Shown here: positions 1 through 9,932 of the stretch, piece after piece
Numbering within the stretch: position 1 is the stretch's first letter
Layout of the letters: each line of letters opens with the position of its first letter
Virus record (IMG/VR): IMGVR_UViG_3300027734_000045
Location: 1 to 64,000 of that record
Reading direction: 5' to 3' (one strand)
DNA from: a virus
Length of the DNA: 64,000 bases
Translations under genes and position numbers: made by a program
Notes under the pieces: model-generated
What the model saw: the letters and a program-made list of their open reading frames with translations, nothing else
Databases searched by the model: none
What the model was told of the DNA's origin: nothing

Positions 1-3000
1 TTGAATACCTTGTAAGCCTTGGACTCCTTGAGAACCTGTTGCGCCTTGAGAACCTGTTGCGCCTGTAGTTCCTTGAATACCTTGTAAGCCTTGGACTCCT
101 TGAGAACCTGTTAGGCCTTGTGCGCCTGTTGTACCTGTTGTTCCTGTTAGGCCTTGGATACCTTGTGTTCCTTGAGAACCTGTAGCGCCTGTAGTTCCTG
201 TTAGGCCTTGTGCGCCTGTAGTTCCTTGTGTTCCTTGCGAACCTGTAGTTCCTTGTGAGCCTGTTGTTCCTTGTGAGCCTGTGTCGCCTTTATCGCCTGT
301 TCTTACAAAGGTGACTATAATGTCGTCTGAGTTTGCAAATGTGGCTGGGTTTCCAGACACGTAAGAACCAGTTACGGTGAACCAGCCTGTGTTGTTAGTT
401 AATGCTGTGATAGTAAATAATGCAAATACACTGGCATCAAATTTCTTTGCAATTCTAAAGTGACCCTTAATAGCAGAACTAGAGTCGTCAATAGTGTTAA
501 GGAAGCTGGATACATCGGTTGTTGCATCATTACTTGCATCAACATACATCTGAGTTGCAGATGAGATTGTAGCGTTGTTAAATCTTATAAAACCGGTGCC
601 TGGGTCAGCTGCTGTAGTAGTTGTGCTGTAGGTGTAGTCGAAGGTTGCTCCACCAAAGTTACCATCTCTACCTGTAAATCCTTGAATGCCTTGGACTCCT
701 TGAGAACCTGTGGCACCTTGCGCACCTGTGGCGCCTGTAGTTCCTGTTAGGCCTTGGATTCCTTGTGTTCCTTGCGAACCTGTAGTTCCTTGTGAGCCTG
801 TGGCGCCTTGCAGACCTTGCAGACCTTGGATTCCTTGTGCGCCTGTAGTTCCTTGCGCACCTGTTGCGCCTTGAGAACCTGTTGCGCCTGTAGTTCCTTG
901 AATACCTTGGTTTCCCTGAAGACCGGTTGTACCTTGGGTACCGACGTTACCGGCTCTAGCAAATGAAATAACTAATGCTTCTGAGTTGGAAGGTAAGGTT
1001 CCAGAGTAGATAGAGATAGGTACTGTATGCCATCCAGTATTGTTGACAACTGCTCCATTAACAAAAGCCAAAACATAGGTATTATCAGAGTTTGTATTTG
1101 ACTCAATTGTTATCCAGCCTCTGTTAGAACTTGTTGACGCACCCCATGCGTCAATGTATGCACTAACGTCTGCTCCCTCAACAGTAAGTGAGTCAATATA
1201 TAGTTGAGTGACTGAACCTACTGTTGCGTTGTTAAATCTAATTTTTCCTTGCCCTGGGTCTGCAGCTGTGGTGCTGGTATCAAAGCTATATCTGACTCCA
1301 CCTTTATCACCTTGAGTACCAGTTGTTCCTTGGGCTCCAACTGGACTTATAGAATCAAGTGAGCCGTCACCCTTTACATACTGAGCAGAAGTTCCACCTT
1401 GAGTGATGAACTTATCGGCGTTGATGTACTGGAAGTAGTCAATGGAGTTGGTGGTGCCGCCGGTTCCTGACGAGGCAACCAGGGTCGAGTTTGGCTTGTC
1501 GTACACGCAGTTGAGTATTGAGTAGAACCCGTTCAAAACGACTGGTGCGACATTGTTTAGTGCGGAAGTCAGTAGTTGACAGTTTGCTAAAGTAATCACA
1601 CTTGAGGCAGCCGATGTCACGGCATTGGTCACAGCAGCAACGACTACAGAATCTACAAGGCTTAGAGTTCCAGCAGTTAGAACAGGAGCAACGGTGACAG
1701 CACTTTTTACAATCACATTGGCACTAGCGTTGTTGACGGTTATGAGGTTTGGGTTACCACCAAAAATGGCGACTAGACCAGACCCAGTGATGCTTGCGGC
1801 AGCAAGGTCACACAAACGAAGGACAACGTAGTCAGCATTGCTGCTTTTTGTGAAAGTTCCAGAAATTTCACAGTTTAGAATGTTTACGTTTCCCGTGCCC
1901 GTTGGCGTGGTCACGGTCAGGTTGGTCATCTTTAGCCCAGAGATGGTGCAGCCAGTACTCGTGCTCACCGTTCCAGAGATTACGATGTTTCCACCAACAA
2001 GACCAGGTCCAGTTATGGTTGTGTACTGAGTAGTTATTGATGGGCTTTCAGTGTAAGTTCCTGGATGAACAATAATTGTTTTACGTTGTGAACCTACTAA
2101 AGTCAACGCCTTAGTAATAGAAGCGACTGGAGTAAGCAAATCACCATTACCAGTAGTATCATTTCCATCTACTTGACTAACGTGAATTTCGTAGTCGTAG
2201 CCTGTGAAGGTTGTGCCTTGTGCACCTTGAATACCTTGGATTCCTTGCAGACCTTGTAATCCTGTTGCACCTTGAGTTCCAGTTGTACCCTGTGCTCCTG
2301 TAGTTCCTGTGGCACCTGTTGTACCTTGTGCACCTGTGGTGCCTTGAGACCCTGTTAGGCCTTGTAGTCCAGTTAATCCTTGGATACCAGTAGTTCCCTG
2401 CAATCCTTGAACACCTTGAACACCTTGGTCACCGTTACCTCTAAACTCGACTACTACCGAACCGGTACTTATGCTTCCAGAGACGTAAGCAACTGGAATC
2501 TTGTAGTATCCGGTGCCGTTAATTATTGACCCAGTAATGTTAAAAATTATTGAGTTGGTAATTGCAGAGGCTAATAATTGAATTATCAGCTGGCCTTTTA
2601 TGGCTGATGTCGAGTCATCAAAGCTGTTGTACCAGGCTGTTTGGTCAGCGGAAGCTAAGTCGTTTTGGTCGATGTAGATAAAGGTTGTTAACGAGTCGGT
2701 GGCATTGTTAAATCTCATGTTTCCGCTGCCAGGGTCGCTATCAGTGGTAATAGAGCTTAAGGTGTAGCGAACTCCGCCTCGAGCTCCTGTGGCGCTAGTT
2801 CCCTGGATACCTTGCGTACCTTGATTACCTTGGATACCTGTTGTGCCTTGCACGCCCCCAGTACCTTGTACTCCTTGATTACCTTGAATACCTTGAGTGC
2901 CTTGAGCTCCAGTTGCGCCTTGAGTCCCGGTCTGACCTTGAATACCTTGAGTGCCTTGAGCTCCAGTGGTACCTTGCAGACCGTTGGTTCCTTGAGACCC

Positions 3001-3630
3001 GGTTAGACCTTGAAGACCGGCTAGTCCTTGAAGACCGTTTGTTCCTTGCGCGCCTGTTGCGCCTGTAGTTCCTTGCGCACCTGTTGCGCCTTGAGAACCT
3101 GTTGCGCCTGTAGTTCCTTGAATACCTTGTAAGCCTTGGACTCCTTGAGAACCTGTTGCGCCTTGAGAACCTGTTGCGCCTGTAGTTCCTTGAATACCTT
3201 GTAAGCCTTGGACTCCTTGAGAACCTGTTAGGCCTTGTGCGCCTTGAACTCCTTGGAGACCTTGCAGACCTTGAATGCCTTGTGTACCTTGCGCGCCTGT
3301 AGTTCCTTGCAGACCTTGCAGACCTTGCGCGCCTGTGGCACCTTGTGAGCCTGTAGTTCCCTGAAGACCTTGAACTCCTTGGAGACCTTGTGTTCCTTGT
3401 GCGCCTATTAGACCTTGGATTCCTTGCAGACCTTGAACGCCTTGGATTCCTTGTCGACCCTGGACTCCTTGAAGACCTTGAGTACCTTGAAGACCTTGAA
3501 CGCCTTGCGCGCCTTGTGGTCCGCCAATCCCGATTTCGACGTGGTTAGGTTGTTCTTGGACGATAACCTTGTTTACGTCGCGTGGGTTGACTATGACCTT
3601 GTTTGGTTGGTCTTCAAAATGAGATGTCAT
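1..3630 (-). CDS. Collagen-like (Gly-X-Gln/Thr) tail fibre / receptor-binding protein, partial (runs off left edge)
   Basis: ATG at 3630 overlaps the upstream TAA and the frame stays open to position 1. It begins MTSHFEDQPNK, followed by long GxQ/GxT triplet blocks, three ~115-aa DPG.G..RFNNAT domains and a beta-helix-like segment (HVSQVDGNDTTGNG...IIVHPGTYTE). Confidence 0.85.
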   Translation of the reverse strand, partial: MTSHFEDQPNKVIVNPRDVNKVIVQEQPNHVEIGIGGPQGAQGVQGLQGTQGLQGVQGRQGIQGVQGLQGIQGLIGAQGTQGLQGVQGLQGTTGSQGATGAQGLQGLQGTTGAQGTQGIQGLQGLQGVQGAQGLTGSQGVQGLQGIQGTTGATGSQGATGSQGVQGLQGIQGTTGATGSQGATGAQGTTGATGAQGTNGLQGLAGLQGLTGSQGTNGLQGTTGAQGTQGIQGQTGTQGATGAQGTQGIQGNQGVQGTGGVQGTTGIQGNQGTQGIQGTSATGARGGVRYTLSSITTDSDPGSGNMRFNNATDSLTTFIYIDQNDLASADQTAWYNSFDDSTSAIKGQLIIQLLASAITNSIIFNITGSIINGTGYYKIPVAYVSGSISTGSVVVEFRGNGDQGVQGVQGLQGTTGIQGLTGLQGLTGSQGTTGAQGTTGATGTTGAQGTTGTQGATGLQGLQGIQGIQGAQGTTFTGYDYEIHVSQVDGNDTTGNGDLLTPVASITKALTLVGSQRKTIIVHPGTYTESPSITTQYTTITGPGLVGGNIVISGTVSTSTGCTISGLKMTNLTVTTPTGTGNVNILNCEISGTFTKSSNADYVVLRLCDLAAASITGSGLVAIFGGNPNLITVNNASANVIVKSAVTVAPVLTAGTLSLVDSVVVAAVTNAVTSAASSVITLANCQLLTSALNNVAPVVLNGFYSILNCVYDKPNSTLVASSGTGGTTNSIDYFQYINADKFITQGGTSAQYVKGDGSLDSISPVGAQGTTGTQGDKGGVRYSFDTSTTAADPGQGKIRFNNATVGSVTQLYIDSLTVEGADVSAYIDAWGASTSSNRGWITIESNTNSDNTYVLAFVNGAVVNNTGWHTVPISIYSGTLPSNSEALVISFARAGNVGTQGTTGLQGNQGIQGTTGATGSQGATGAQGTTGAQGIQGLQGLQGATGSQGTTGSQGTQGIQGLTGTTGATGAQGATGSQGVQGIQGFTGRDGNFGGATFDYTYSTTTTAADPGTGFIRFNNATISSATQMYVDASNDATTDVSSFLNTIDDSSSAIKGHFRIAKKFDASVFALFTITALTNNTGWFTVTGSYVSGNPATFANSDDIIVTFVRTGDKGDTGSQGTTGSQGTTGSQGTQGTTGAQGLTGTTGATGSQGTQGIQGLTGTTGTTGAQGLTGSQGVQGLQGIQGTTGATGSQGATGSQGVQGLQGIQ

Positions 3631-3998
3631 TACCGGGTTACCTCGGCACTAACCTTAAAGTTTCCCTCTAGGATTCTGTCCACCACTCCTGTTGAGGAGA
3701 CAAGCTCTAGGTCGTACACGTACAGACCAGGAGTTAGAGCAGCCGTAGTTGTTGCTGAGACTAGTAGATTCACCTGGCCTTTTGTTCCGGCTGTATTTCC
3801 TAAAATAATTCTTCCATTTGCTGTTGTCAGCTCTAGAACTATTGACGTAGAGGCTACGGTAGCACGCACCTGCATTCGTGCCGTATAATTACCTATGTCA
3901 TAAGGTTGACGAGCAGAGTCAGTCCAAGTAATTGTGCGGCGAAACGTGGTGCCTTGACTACATGTGATGTTGTAAGTTCCAGCTATAGAGCAGCTCAT
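3630..3998 (-). CDS. Small virion structural protein (tail-fibre-associated, beta-rich)
   Basis: 122 aa with QGTTF, YTARMQVR, YVYDLEL and RILEG motifs typical of phage tail accessory proteins; coupled to the collagen gene. Confidence 0.65.
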   Translation of the reverse strand: MSCSIAGTYNITCSQGTTFRRTITWTDSARQPYDIGNYTARMQVRATVASTSIVLELTTANGRIILGNTAGTKGQVNLLVSATTTAALTPGLYVYDLELVSSTGVVDRILEGNFKVSAEVTR

Positions 3999-4128
3999 CT
4001 AGTTGTCCTTTTGCGCGGAGAGATTGGGCTAATAACCCATCGTTAATTATCACACAAAAAGCGCAAGGTGTCTAAGAAAAGTGCCACCTAGACGTATAGA
4101 GTCGTTAGGATTATGGAGGTTATAGAGC

Positions 4129-4347
4129 ATGTCTAGCACTCAAATTATCGAGCACCCAGTAGACACGAAAAATAATGAGTCGGAGCAGTTTGCGCACTAC
4201 GCGAACGCGGCAAAGGTGACCGAAGGATACGTGATGGGCACGGAGGTTAGAGCTCTTTGCGGAAAGGTGTTCATACCCTCACGCGACCCAGAAAAATTAC
4301 CAATCTGCTCTGAGTGCAAAGAGATAAAAGAGCTCTACTCTTTCTAG
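4129..4347 (+). CDS. DUF3039-family protein (actinobacterial)
   Basis: FAHY...EG.V.G..V.ALCGK...PSRDP..LP.C..CK motif. Confidence 0.8.
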   Translation: MSSTQIIEHPVDTKNNESEQFAHYANAAKVTEGYVMGTEVRALCGKVFIPSRDPEKLPICSECKEIKELYSF

Positions 4348-4425
4348 GCTAAATGCACTTTCACTGGATAAAAAAGTGTTAGGATAGTCTTCTAATCCTT
4401 TACTTTACACAGACAGTGGTGCCTC

Positions 4426-6471
4426 ATGAGCTTATTTTCTTTCCGCCTAAACGATGACTTTGTCAACGAGTACAGAACCAAAAAGTCGCCTTTTGGCTAC
4501 CGCGACGCAGCCGACAACTCGGTAGGCGAAATCACCTTCCTTAGGACCTATTCCCGTTTAAAGGAGGATGGCACCAAGGAGACCTGGGTTGATGTCTGTG
4601 AAAGAGTCACCAATGGAACTTACTCGATTCAGAAGGACGAGTGCCGTGCACGTCGTCTTCCATGGAACGACTCAAAGGCACAGGCTTCCGCTAAGGAGTT
4701 TTTTGACCGTTTATTCAACCTAAAGTGGTCTCCTCCTGGACGCGGTCTTTGGGTTATGGGAACCGACATCGTAAACAACCAGAAGAACTCGGCTGCTTTG
4801 CAGAACTGTGCCTTTGTGTCTACTTTGGAAATGACTAAGCAGAACCCGGCAAAGCCGTTCGCATTTCTGATGGAGGCGTCGATGCTTGGTGTAGGTGTGG
4901 GCTTTGACGACAAGGGCGCTGACAAGGGCTTTGAAATCTACGCTCCTGACATCAAGGACGCGATGGTGTACAACATTCCAGACACGAGAGAGGGATGGAT
5001 GGAGTCTACAGTATTTTTACTGAACTCCTATCTAAAGCAAAATCACCCGGCTATGGCTTTTGGCTATGAGCAGATTCGTCCTTATGGCGCGCCTATCAAA
5101 ACCTTTGGTGGAACGGCTGCCGGTGCTGACCCGCTAAAGAAACTTCACCACAAGATTAGCGAGCTATTCGCTGGACGCGCAGGTGAAAAACTTACCCGCA
5201 GAGACATAGCTGACATTGGAAACCTAATCGGTGTTTGCGTTGTTTCTGGAAACGTCCGTCGTTCAGCTGAGTTGCTGATTGGTCGCATTGACGACGAGGA
5301 CTTCCTAAATCTCAAAAACGCTGAACGCTTCCCTGAAAGAAACTCCTACGACCCTGAAAATCCAGGTTGGGCTTGGATGAGTAATAACTCCGTTGAGGTT
5401 TCTGTTGGAACTGACTTTGCGCCTATCGTAGATGGCATCGCAAGAAATGGCGAGCCGGGCGTGATTTGGATGGACGTATCGAAGGCGTATGGCAGACTTG
5501 CTGATGCTCCCAACAACAGGGACTGGAGAGTGGCAGGCTACAACCCTTGCGCAGAGCAGAGCCTTGAAAGCTTTGAGATGTGCACGCTTGTTGAGACTTA
5601 TCTAAACCGTCACGAGAACTTGGAAGATTTTAAGCGTACGCTAAAGTTTGCGTACCTCTACGCAAAAACTGTAACTCTTCTGCCTACCCACTGGGAGGAG
5701 ACCAACGCCATCATGCAACGTAATAGACGCATTGGAACTTCTATCTCCGGTGTCGCGAACTTTGCTGACAGGAAGGGTCTCCCTGTTCTACGTCAGTGGA
5801 TGGACGAGGGGTACTCGACTATTCAAAGATACGACAACACTTACTCTGAATGGCTAGGCGTTCGTGAGTCAATCAAGACCACGACTGTCAAGCCGTCGGG
5901 CACTGTGTCTATCTTGGCTGGAGAATCTCCAGGCGTGCACTGGACACCAGGCGGTAAGTTCTTCAACCGTGCTATTCGTTTCTCGAACACGGACCCGATG
6001 CTTCCACTATTTAAAATGGCTAACTATAGAGTAGAGCCTGCTGCTGAGTCTCCTGACACTACTTCCGTCGTGTTCTTTCCAATTAAATCAGACGCGGAAC
6101 GCGCAGAGCGCGACGTGACTATCTTTGAGAAGATGGCACTTGCTGCCACCGCTCAGAGATACTGGTCAGATAACTCTGTTTCGGTGACTATCTCCTTTGA
6201 CCCTGAGAAGGAAGCAGAGCATGTTGGCACTGTACTTCACATGTACGATGGTCAGCTAAAGACAGTCTCATTCCTACCTTCTGGAAACTTTACCTACCCG
6301 CAGATGCCTTACACTCAAATCACTGAGGAGGAATACGTGGCTGCCACGGAGAAACTATTCCCGATAGACTTTGTTGGAGTGTACGCGGGAATGGCAGCTG
6401 ACGCTGTAGGCGAGGCATACTGTACCACAGATGCTTGTGAGGTAAAATTAATTACGGAGAACACGAAGTAG
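4426..6471 (+). CDS. nrdJ: Class II adenosylcobalamin-dependent ribonucleotide reductase (monomeric RTPR type)
   Basis: RTYSR, PPGRGLW, NCAF, GNVRRSAE, catalytic NPCAEQ, TTVKPSGTVS and C-terminal CTTDAC. Confidence 0.95.
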   Translation: MSLFSFRLNDDFVNEYRTKKSPFGYRDAADNSVGEITFLRTYSRLKEDGTKETWVDVCERVTNGTYSIQKDECRARRLPWNDSKAQASAKEFFDRLFNLKWSPPGRGLWVMGTDIVNNQKNSAALQNCAFVSTLEMTKQNPAKPFAFLMEASMLGVGVGFDDKGADKGFEIYAPDIKDAMVYNIPDTREGWMESTVFLLNSYLKQNHPAMAFGYEQIRPYGAPIKTFGGTAAGADPLKKLHHKISELFAGRAGEKLTRRDIADIGNLIGVCVVSGNVRRSAELLIGRIDDEDFLNLKNAERFPERNSYDPENPGWAWMSNNSVEVSVGTDFAPIVDGIARNGEPGVIWMDVSKAYGRLADAPNNRDWRVAGYNPCAEQSLESFEMCTLVETYLNRHENLEDFKRTLKFAYLYAKTVTLLPTHWEETNAIMQRNRRIGTSISGVANFADRKGLPVLRQWMDEGYSTIQRYDNTYSEWLGVRESIKTTTVKPSGTVSILAGESPGVHWTPGGKFFNRAIRFSNTDPMLPLFKMANYRVEPAAESPDTTSVVFFPIKSDAERAERDVTIFEKMALAATAQRYWSDNSVSVTISFDPEKEAEHVGTVLHMYDGQLKTVSFLPSGNFTYPQMPYTQITEEEYVAATEKLFPIDFVGVYAGMAADAVGEAYCTTDACEVKLITENTK

Positions 6472-6486
6472 TAAGAGGAGAACGAC

Positions 6487-6690
6487 GTGCCAACGTACGA
6501 GTATAAATGCGAAGCGCGGCCTGAGGACCAGGAACATCGCTACAAAGAGACTAGGTCTATCACAGCTGCCGAGCCTAGAAAACTTACCTGTAAGGTTAAG
6601 GGCTGTGGAGCCAAGCTAATAAAGATCTTTTTTGCTCCACCTATCAACTTCAAAGGTGGAGGATTTAGCACCAAGGAAGAATGGCGATAG
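6487..6690 (+). CDS. FmdB-family zinc-ribbon protein
   Basis: MPTYEYKC...C..CG...PPINFKGGGF signature. Confidence 0.8.
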   Translation: MPTYEYKCEARPEDQEHRYKETRSITAAEPRKLTCKVKGCGAKLIKIFFAPPINFKGGGFSTKEEWR

Positions 6691-6751
6691 CTCGATTGTA
6701 CAGTGCGGGCTCTTAATGTTAAAATGATTCTAACGAATACGTTAGGACGAC

Positions 6752-7069
6752 ATGAGCATTGAGAACTTAGTTCCAGAGGACTACCCTGACTTTTTTGCTC
6801 AAGGAGAACCTATTTGCTCGCAGGTCGACCCGGAGGCTTTCTTTCCTCAAGAAAAAAATGGAAATAGGTTATCAAGTTACTACGACGAAAGAGGAGCAAA
6901 AGGTCTTTGCTCGACTTGTCCATATAAAGTGGCTTGCTTAGTTTACGCACTTAAATACGACGAGGCTGGTATCTGGGGTGGAACTACTGAGGGGCAGAGA
7001 AGACTAATGAAAAAAGATGCAAAAACTAGAGGCGTTTCTTTTGAAGAAATAGCGGTTGAGATACCATAG
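6752..7069 (+). CDS. whiB: WhiB-family Fe-S transcription factor
   Basis: C.QVDPEAFFP...C..CP....C and GIWGGTTE..RR motifs. Confidence 0.92.
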   Translation: MSIENLVPEDYPDFFAQGEPICSQVDPEAFFPQEKNGNRLSSYYDERGAKGLCSTCPYKVACLVYALKYDEAGIWGGTTEGQRRLMKKDAKTRGVSFEEIAVEIP

Positions 7070-7131
7070 TAAAATGTAATTAGTCCTTGGGAGAGGGGTG
7101 AATCACTCACATCTATCCTAGGGAGAAAACC

Positions 7132-7401
7132 TTGAAAGTACTACTAACAATCCTCAAGAGAACCATCGCTCTTGTAATCCTAAAAGTCAGCGCTGTTTTG
7201 GCTGCTGGTTCTATCGGTGGCGTTGAACTGTGGAAGTCAGCATTGATCGCTGCTTTCGTTGGAATCATGGAAGTCGCTGAATCCTTGGCTCGTGCTTATG
7301 TTGTCGATGGAAAACTAGACCAAGACGAAATCGATGTTGCTTTTGCTTCTTCAGCAGAGGCGGCTTTGGCTGAAACTAAGAAAAAAGGCTCAGCTGAGTA
7401 A
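7132..7401 (+). CDS. Small membrane protein (holin-like)
   Basis: Two hydrophobic helices followed by DGKLD..EID; GGAG SD upstream. Confidence 0.55.
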   Translation: MKVLLTILKRTIALVILKVSAVLAAGSIGGVELWKSALIAAFVGIMEVAESLARAYVVDGKLDQDEIDVAFASSAEAALAETKKKGSAE

Positions 7402-7488
7402 AAATAGCCGCTTAGCCTGATACAGTTCTTATGTTGCATAAACATGCAACTTGGCAACCAGGCGTACTGATTACCAAAATAACTAAAT

Positions 7489-7521
7489 AAAAAGCCCCCT
7501 AGTTAGCGCCAGGGGGCTTTT
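7489..7521. terminator. Bidirectional intrinsic terminator
   Basis: AAAAGCCCCCT-loop-AGGGGGCTTTT between convergent genes. Confidence 0.85.
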
Positions 7522-7534
7522 ACTTTAACGGGAT

Positions 7535-7996
7535 TTAGTGATTGTTGCGCTGACGACTTCTATTGACTCCATAGTAAAGCGGGTAGGAGCCAGTCATGCC
7601 GAGAGCCGAAGCCAGTTTACCTAGAGAAACTCCGCGGTCGTACTCTGTGGCGAGCTGGTTGTGGTAATCAACGGTTCCGAGCTTTCTTGCTTCCTGCACT
7701 CTCTTGACCGCTGCCTGGAACTCGCTTGGCTCCAGTTTTGAGTGCGTTCTAGAATCTCTCATTGGAGAAGCGGCCATCGAAACTCGACGACGTAGTGAAG
7801 CGTAGGTGACTCCTAGTTCCTTGGCAAGTCTTACTAGACTGCCGCCCTCTTTTGAGTACTCTATAAGGAGTTCAGTGTATTCTCTGCTTGCCTCGTGGGC
7901 AGGTGATTCTGTGGTGCGGGCTCCATAGGCCTTGCGCGCAAGCGGCAAGAGTTTGGCCAATCGCTCTGTGTACTTTTGTACGAGCATGTCACTCAT
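7535..7996 (-). CDS. Double-HTH DNA-binding protein (paralog family A)
   Basis: Two G.SL..LA..LG.T motifs; similar to 43610 and 49309. Confidence 0.7.
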   Translation of the reverse strand: MSDMLVQKYTERLAKLLPLARKAYGARTTESPAHEASREYTELLIEYSKEGGSLVRLAKELGVTYASLRRRVSMAASPMRDSRTHSKLEPSEFQAAVKRVQEARKLGTVDYHNQLATEYDRGVSLGKLASALGMTGSYPLYYGVNRSRQRNNH

Positions 7997-8160
7997 TTGA
8001 GTAACCGTCCTTTCTTCTTGGTGAATGATTTTGTCGTGATTATCTCGACTAGACCATTATAATCTACCTAACTCTAGGCAAAGTTATAAAAAAGAAATTA
8101 TTCTAGAGCATTGCGATGTCAGCGGCCTGTGATACAATTGAGGAGTAAGGAGCATTGATT

Positions 8161-8307
8161 ATGGCTAAAGGTAAGAAGGCGGCAGCTCCGGCTCCGCAAA
8201 AACAAGGCGACAACAAGAGTCGCAACAATGGCAAGGCGCAGAAAAAAAGACCTAAGGTATTTGACAAGATAAGACGTCGCCTAGTCACCAATAAAGACGC
8301 GAGCTAA
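8161..8307 (+). CDS. Small basic protein (48 aa)
   Basis: MAKGKKAAAPAPQKQ... with AAGGAG SD; too short for the ORF track. Confidence 0.6.
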   Translation: MAKGKKAAAPAPQKQGDNKSRNNGKAQKKRPKVFDKIRRRLVTNKDAS

Positions 8308-8308
8308 G

Positions 8309-9031
8309 TTGAACGACTACGGGGACTACTGGAGCAAGAACACCTTTGCGGCGGCAGAGAGAGTTAGGACCATTAGAAGTCTGCTAAACCTAAAAAACGC
8401 CAGCAGTGTTAGATACGCCAGATTTGGAAGCGCTGGAGATGGTGGTTACGTTTTAGTAGACGACATCCCTTCTGGAGTCTCTTTGGTGTCGTATGGAGTT
8501 GACGTAAACGTAGACTTTGAAAAGCATCTAAGCGACCTAGGTTGCCAGGTAGTGATGTACGACGACTCTGTTGACGGACCGCCGATTGAAATTGACGCGG
8601 TGTTCCATAAGAAGAGAATTGGAGTCCACGCTGGAGAAATCAAGATAGATGAAACTCTAACTGATAACTGTATTCTAAAGATAGACATTGAGGGTTCTGA
8701 GTGGGACGTGCTGGCTGAGGCTAAGGACCTAGGCAAGTGCCGTCAAATAACTATAGAGGCTCACTGGATGCTTGACATAGTGTATGACGCTTTCTACTAT
8801 AAGGTAGTTGAGGCTCTTGAAAATCTAAACAGAACGCACTTTCCAGTGTGGCTGCACGCCAACAACGACCAACCACTGGGAGTTATTGGCGGGCAACCGG
8901 TTCCAAACGTCTTTGAGGTGTTGTTTCTCAATAGAAAAATCTACTCGTACACGGAGGTAGTAGACAGATTCGTTAAGCTAAATGCTCCAAATAATCCGGC
9001 GTTTCCGGACATATGTTTATCGTTTCCATAG
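8309..9031 (+). CDS. FkbM-like SAM-dependent methyltransferase
   Basis: RFG..GDGGY, SYGV....FE, LKIDIEGSEW and QI.IE.H motifs. Confidence 0.75.
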   Translation: MNDYGDYWSKNTFAAAERVRTIRSLLNLKNASSVRYARFGSAGDGGYVLVDDIPSGVSLVSYGVDVNVDFEKHLSDLGCQVVMYDDSVDGPPIEIDAVFHKKRIGVHAGEIKIDETLTDNCILKIDIEGSEWDVLAEAKDLGKCRQITIEAHWMLDIVYDAFYYKVVEALENLNRTHFPVWLHANNDQPLGVIGGQPVPNVFEVLFLNRKIYSYTEVVDRFVKLNAPNNPAFPDICLSFP

Positions 9032-9087
9032 AAAACAGTGTATAATCGTATTGCACCAAAAATTGACAACTAAATAGAGAACAACAA

Positions 9088-9434
9088 GGGGATGACTGGT
9101 TTCGACAGTTGTCTTGATGTTAGTGAAGCAAGCCGAGACGGCCACGCACTTGTAAGTGTGGCAAAAACATAAATGCTGAATCTCGTTCCGCATTCGCTTT
9201 AGCAGCGTAATCTAATTACAACGCTTCGGCCCCTAACAAAGCACTAGTTCTAGGTGGGCAGTTAGGTCTTAAATAAATAGAACAAAACAAAGACTTTTCC
9301 CACGGAGTCTTAAAATCGTGGTAACGTCTAGACGGGTCTGGTAGGTTGTCCGTCTAGTCGCACCTAATCTACCTAAGCTTGTAGAAGAATAACTGAACGT
9401 CAATTGGACCGGGGTTCGATTCCCCGCATCTCCA
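9088..9434 (+). ncRNA. ssrA: tmRNA; tag peptide AESRSAFALAA (9175-9210)
   Basis: 5' GGGGATG..GGTTTCGAC pairs with 3' CATCTCC-A including the G3-U70 pair; T-arm CGGGG-TTCGATT-CCCCG; AUAAAU before the resume codon; tag ends ALAA-stop. No encoded CCA. Extended -10 (TG-TATAAT) near 9039-9046. Confidence 0.95.
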
Positions 9435-9493
9435 CGCTTGTAGACAAAGGAGCGTAAAGCGGTCTACCCGTCCTAGGCAACGGAAATCTCCAA

Positions 9494-9559
9494 GGACTGG
9501 CATAGCCAAGGTGCTATGAGTCAACTCTCGAAGTTGGTAGTGCAAATCTACACAGTCCA
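9494..9559 (+). ncRNA. Atypical tRNA-like RNA
   Basis: GGACTG/CAGTCC-A closing stem, CATAGC/GCTATG arm, TCAAC/GTTGG arm and GTAG-TGCAAAT-CTAC T-like arm; no variable loop. Confidence 0.45.
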
Positions 9560-9629
9560 CTGCCACGGTATGGCAACTAGCCGTGGATAACTCCGCCTGT
9601 TGTTTCGTCATCAGGAATAGTTGCACTAA

Positions 9630-9700
9630 TGGTTCTAAGTGTTACGGCAGCACGGCGGTCTCCAACACCGCAGGCCTGGGTTCGACTCCCAGAGAACCGG
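9630..9700 (+). tRNA. tRNA-Trp(CCA)
   Basis: Acceptor TGGTTCT/AGAACCG, D-arm GTGT/GCAC, anticodon arm GCGGT-CT CCA AC-ACCGC, T-arm CTGGG-TTCGACT-CCCAG, discriminator G73; no encoded CCA. Confidence 0.85.
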
Positions 9701-9831
9701 CGAAGCTCATAGACATAAACTAATTAGCTCATGGAGCACTTGTCTATTGACGTGGTTAGGATGCATCCGGTTGCAAACGGTCTCCTATAAAGCGTCAGAT
9801 CGCGCCGGCTGGTTGAGCTAGGAAGGTGCCG

Positions 9832-9932
9832 GCGGAACTAAATGGGGATGCTCCTCCTCTGCTTCGGGAGAGATGTTTGACCGCTTCGGCGGCAGGCGTG
9901 AGAGAGGTCGGTTCGAGACCGACGTAGTTCGC
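9832..9932 (+). ncRNA. tRNA-like RNA with canonical T-arm but non-canonical core
   Basis: GTCGG-TTCGAGA-CCGAC T-arm, GAACTA/TAGTTC acceptor-like stem and two CUUCGG-containing internal hairpins. Confidence 0.5.

Noticed and set aside
747-3888. Short ORFs in the track overlapping the collagen gene
   Set aside because: Alternative-frame or antisense shadows of the repetitive fibre ORF.
9494-9559. Canonical tRNA-Arg(TCG)
   Set aside because: No U33, no variable loop and an irregular T-stem; kept only as tRNA-like.
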